Source: Fistulifera solaris (lineage: Eukaryota). From it: a stretch of DNA of 64,000 nucleotides. Location of the stretch: NCBI GenBank assembly GCA_030295235.1, contig AP026132.1, positions 620,001 through 684,000 on the forward strand, read 5' to 3'. Below are positions 60,891 through 64,000 of this stretch, piece after piece. The notes under the pieces are model-generated. The model was not told the origin of the DNA. It made no database searches and was given only the letters and a program-made list of their open reading frames with translations. Each line of letters begins with the position of its first letter. Position 1 is the first letter of the stretch. Position numbers and translations under genes: made by a program.

Positions 60891-63012
60891 ATGGATAGTG
60901 TCTCTGTATGCACGTCGGCTATCACCTTTGTGGAGACCGAGCACGGACGGCTTCGAAGAAAACAAAGAGGGATCGACAAGAAAGATCTTCAAGCCGCAAA
61001 GAAGTACGGACGACGCTACAACAACCGTCCTCGACCCAATGGCGACCAAACCGCGAAATATGTTTACAAAGACATTACTTACATTGTAAATGGGGTTACG
61101 GGTGAAGAAATTACATGCTATGCAAAAGCATTAGAACTAGAGGAAGTTCCTTTGACGGCTGATATGCGTTTTGACTATGCGCAAGCTCGTCTCAACATCA
61201 AACGAGATCTTAGTAGTTGGACTTCAAATTCAGTTCTTGTTGTAGATACATCAGGAAGCATGAGAGAAGCGGATGTTTGGGGTGCAAGAACTCGACTGGC
61301 AGCCGTTTGGATATCCATTGCGTTAGACTTTTTAGCCAGTCGACTGGAATCAGGAAACGGAGGCCTTACTGATGTAGTTTCCGTGGTTACCTTGGAAGAA
61401 CAGCCAAATGTCATCTTCAAAGAAGAACCATGCTCCTGGGTTCTGTACAATAAGCTTGTTAAGCTTTACAGTGGACAACTTGTGACACCGCGTGGACATG
61501 GGCCTTTCCTTCCTAGTTTGGAGGTCGCTGAAGCTTTGCTTCTTCGTAATCCAAATACTTCCTGTGCCGTGTCGCTCACCTTCCTTTCCGATGGAAGGCC
61601 CTCTTGATGCTGCTATCGAATCAGGTATGGGGAAGTACGAGTGCTACGAAATCATTGAGAACAAAGTCGGCGACTTGGCCAAGAAGTTTGGAAGGAGACT
61701 TACGTTTAAAGCGATCGCAATGGGAGATTACGACGACTTTGATATGCTCAAACGGATGGTGAATGCCGCAGATGACTATGGTGCCCATGCCGACTTTTGT
61801 CTTCCATCTATGACTTCTTCTGCCTTAGGAGAGGTCTTCACATCTGTCGCCACCTCAATTTCCTCGACGCAACTCGAGCTGACCGACGCGATAACGAAGA
61901 AACAACGACAAGTTCGTAGCGTTAATCGCGAGTCTAAAAGTAAAGCTGGGCAAGAAATTCTCAGGGTTTCGGGTCATGACTTTTGGATCTACTCCCAAGA
62001 TCAAGTAACAAGAAAGATCTATAAAGAATGGGTCGAAATGGGCTCGGACAATAAGCGAGTATATCGTCACGAATATGAAAAAACGGTGTTGCAACATCCA
62101 CAAGCTCGATATGTAGCATTCGCTAAGAATCCATTTGGCGAAGGTGCGGAACGGTTTGCGCATCGATTCTTTGAACTCGCAGCGGATTGTCGGACGATTG
62201 TCGGCAAAGCCATGGTTGCAAAGGAAAGCCGTTTGATTCTCGATGATTCCGATGAGAAAGCTCGAAAACAGTTCACAGCAACATTTTGTAAGACGCAACA
62301 ATTGGCGCGCCGTCTTGCCAAGGAATTCAACGACAAATTGAGAGAATCAAATATTGATTCGCGTACGCCAACGGTCAGCTTCTTGGATTGCTCGATCTAT
62401 GAGCTGTACGATTACAACTTAGGAGTATTGAGTGTTCTGGTCGAAGACAAGCTTGATCAGAAAAACTGGAAGAAATGGAATTCCAACAACGGTTTCGTCG
62501 AGGGGATGAAAAAGGCGCCTGTGTTTTCGGAAGCAAGCCTTCGTCAAGCTGAAATGAATATGACTCGAATAGCTCATTTTGAAGGCGACGTTATAGAAGA
62601 AGGCAGCGAGGAGGAGGAGGAGGAAGACGAGTCGGAAGTGGGAGAGCTATTTCAAGGAAAAGGGGCATTAGTCTTCACTCCATTTGATGTAGCACAGGCT
62701 TTCTCCCATTTCAGTTACTTGGCTTCGGGAAGAAAGCGACTTGTTTGTGATCTCCAAGGTGTCCATGACGAAGCTAAAAACGTTTTGATCTTTTCAGACC
62801 CTGTGATACACTATCACAACCCTCGTGGATATACTAGCCGGAAAAATGTTCACGGAAGGACCGACCACGGCAAGAAAGGAATGAACAAGTTCTTTCACAC
62901 TCATGCGCAGCATTGTGGACCATTGTGTAGGATTATAAATCGAGGGTTCCAAAAAGTCGATAAATGTGAGACGAATGAGCCCGCTGATGAAGGCGACTGT
63001 AAGATTAGCTGA
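60891..63012 (+). CDS. DUF4258-like + vWA + alpha-kinase protein, copy 2; 1-nt insertion at ~61605
   Basis: Same motifs as copy 1; removing one T in CCCTCTTGAT restores SDGRPSD and one ~706-aa ORF. Confidence 0.88.
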
Positions 63013-63460
63013 ACCCAATCTGCATACATGCTTTTAGGAAACGCCCCATCAATAGTCTGCGCTTTACATTATGGTGGCACCTGGTGTCGTCTTGTGGCAT
63101 GGGTCCCCAATTAGCTTTAAATCGTAAAAGTTTATTTTGATGATATATTTAACTCAACGATAGCTCCCTAGCTAGACTACTCCCAGGCCAAGAATTCATA
63201 GACTATCTAGCGAGATCCTACTTGTAACGAAGATTTATTAGCAACCTTTGCGCATAGGTAACCGAAATGTCGTAACGTCAACAGTTTCTTAGAGATTGAC
63301 AACCGCTTGTTGTCTGTGCACTACTCGGTATCATTGTGCGGTTCGCGCTCTGCGTTCATTTTTATTGACCATGATAAAATGCAAGGATTACCGGTACCTG
63401 GTATTTCGAGGATTATCGACCTTTTTCTGCTCATTTGTGCTCCCTTTGACAATTCAATAA

Positions 63461-64000
63461 ATGAGCAGTGTTTCCTCCGGCACATCCGCGATTAGCTTTG
63501 TGGAAACAGAGCACGGACGATTACGAAGAAGGCAAAGGGGAATCGACAAGAAAGATCTCCAAGCCGCCTTAAAATACGGCGCACGTTACGACAACCGTCC
63601 TCGTCCTAATGGCGATCAAACAGCAAAATACGTTTACAATGACATCACATACATTGTGAATGAAGTGACCCGCGAAGAGATCACGTGTTATGCGAAACCG
63701 CTCGAGTTGGAAGAAATTCGGCTGCCGAGGCAAATGCTTGTCGATTACTTAGCTACTCGTCGAAAGGTGAAAGGGAATCCTAATTTCTGGACTTCGAACT
63801 CAGTTCTTGTCGTGGATACTTCAGGGAGTATGCGAGAAGCTGATGTCTGGGGAGCACGAACCCGCTTGGCAGCTGTTTGGGTGTCAATCGCTTTAGATTT
63901 TATTGCGAGTCGACTTGAAACCGGAGGTGGAGGTCTCTATGATGTTGTATCAATCGTTACGCTAGGAGAGCATCCAACTATCATCTTTGAAGAGGAGCCG
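63461..64000 (+). CDS. Copy 3 of the DUF4258-like + vWA (+ presumably alpha-kinase) family; runs off the window end, absent from the ORF track
   Basis: ATG at 63461 gives MSSVSSGTSAISFVETEHGRLRRRQRGIDKKDLQAALKYG...VVDTSGSMREADVWGARTRL, open to 64000. Confidence 0.88.
   Translation, partial: MSSVSSGTSAISFVETEHGRLRRRQRGIDKKDLQAALKYGARYDNRPRPNGDQTAKYVYNDITYIVNEVTREEITCYAKPLELEEIRLPRQMLVDYLATRRKVKGNPNFWTSNSVLVVDTSGSMREADVWGARTRLAAVWVSIALDFIASRLETGGGGLYDVVSIVTLGEHPTIIFEEEP

Noticed and set aside
61595..61612. Programmed frameshift or readthrough in kinase copy 2
   Set aside because: No slippery heptamer; copy 1 is in frame at this position, so a 1-nt error is the simpler explanation

Overview
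Gene-dense eukaryotic nuclear DNA, most likely from a diatom (inferred from short GT-AG introns, signal-peptide + 'AF'-type plastid presequences, DNMT5 and the rDNA). It holds about 25 protein-coding genes, largely RNA/translation and genome-maintenance functions: mito uS5, Maf, DPH7, Pelota, ADAT1, PCID2, UAF30-like, DNMT5, UNG, SNAPC1-like, TatD, PUS10, WDR6 and STN1/RPA2-like. It also holds one complete, apparently solitary 18S-5.8S-28S rDNA unit on the minus strand (~37.4-43.2 kb) flanked by ordinary genes. The most striking features are: (i) three paralogues of a protein with a DUF4258/RelE-like N-terminus, a vWA domain and an alpha-kinase, one head-to-head with DPH7 and one split by a ~22-nt deletion in the vWA-kinase linker; (ii) a ~1 kb 52-bp satellite built from palindromes; (iii) a ~172-bp mini-Helitron next to a second array with a related palindrome; (iv) a plastid bestrophin-like channel with a long acidic tail carrying a repeated motif. 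Many conserved genes show single-base frameshifts, often at homopolymers, which suggests an unpolished assembly. All calls come from motif recognition by eye; no database searches were run.
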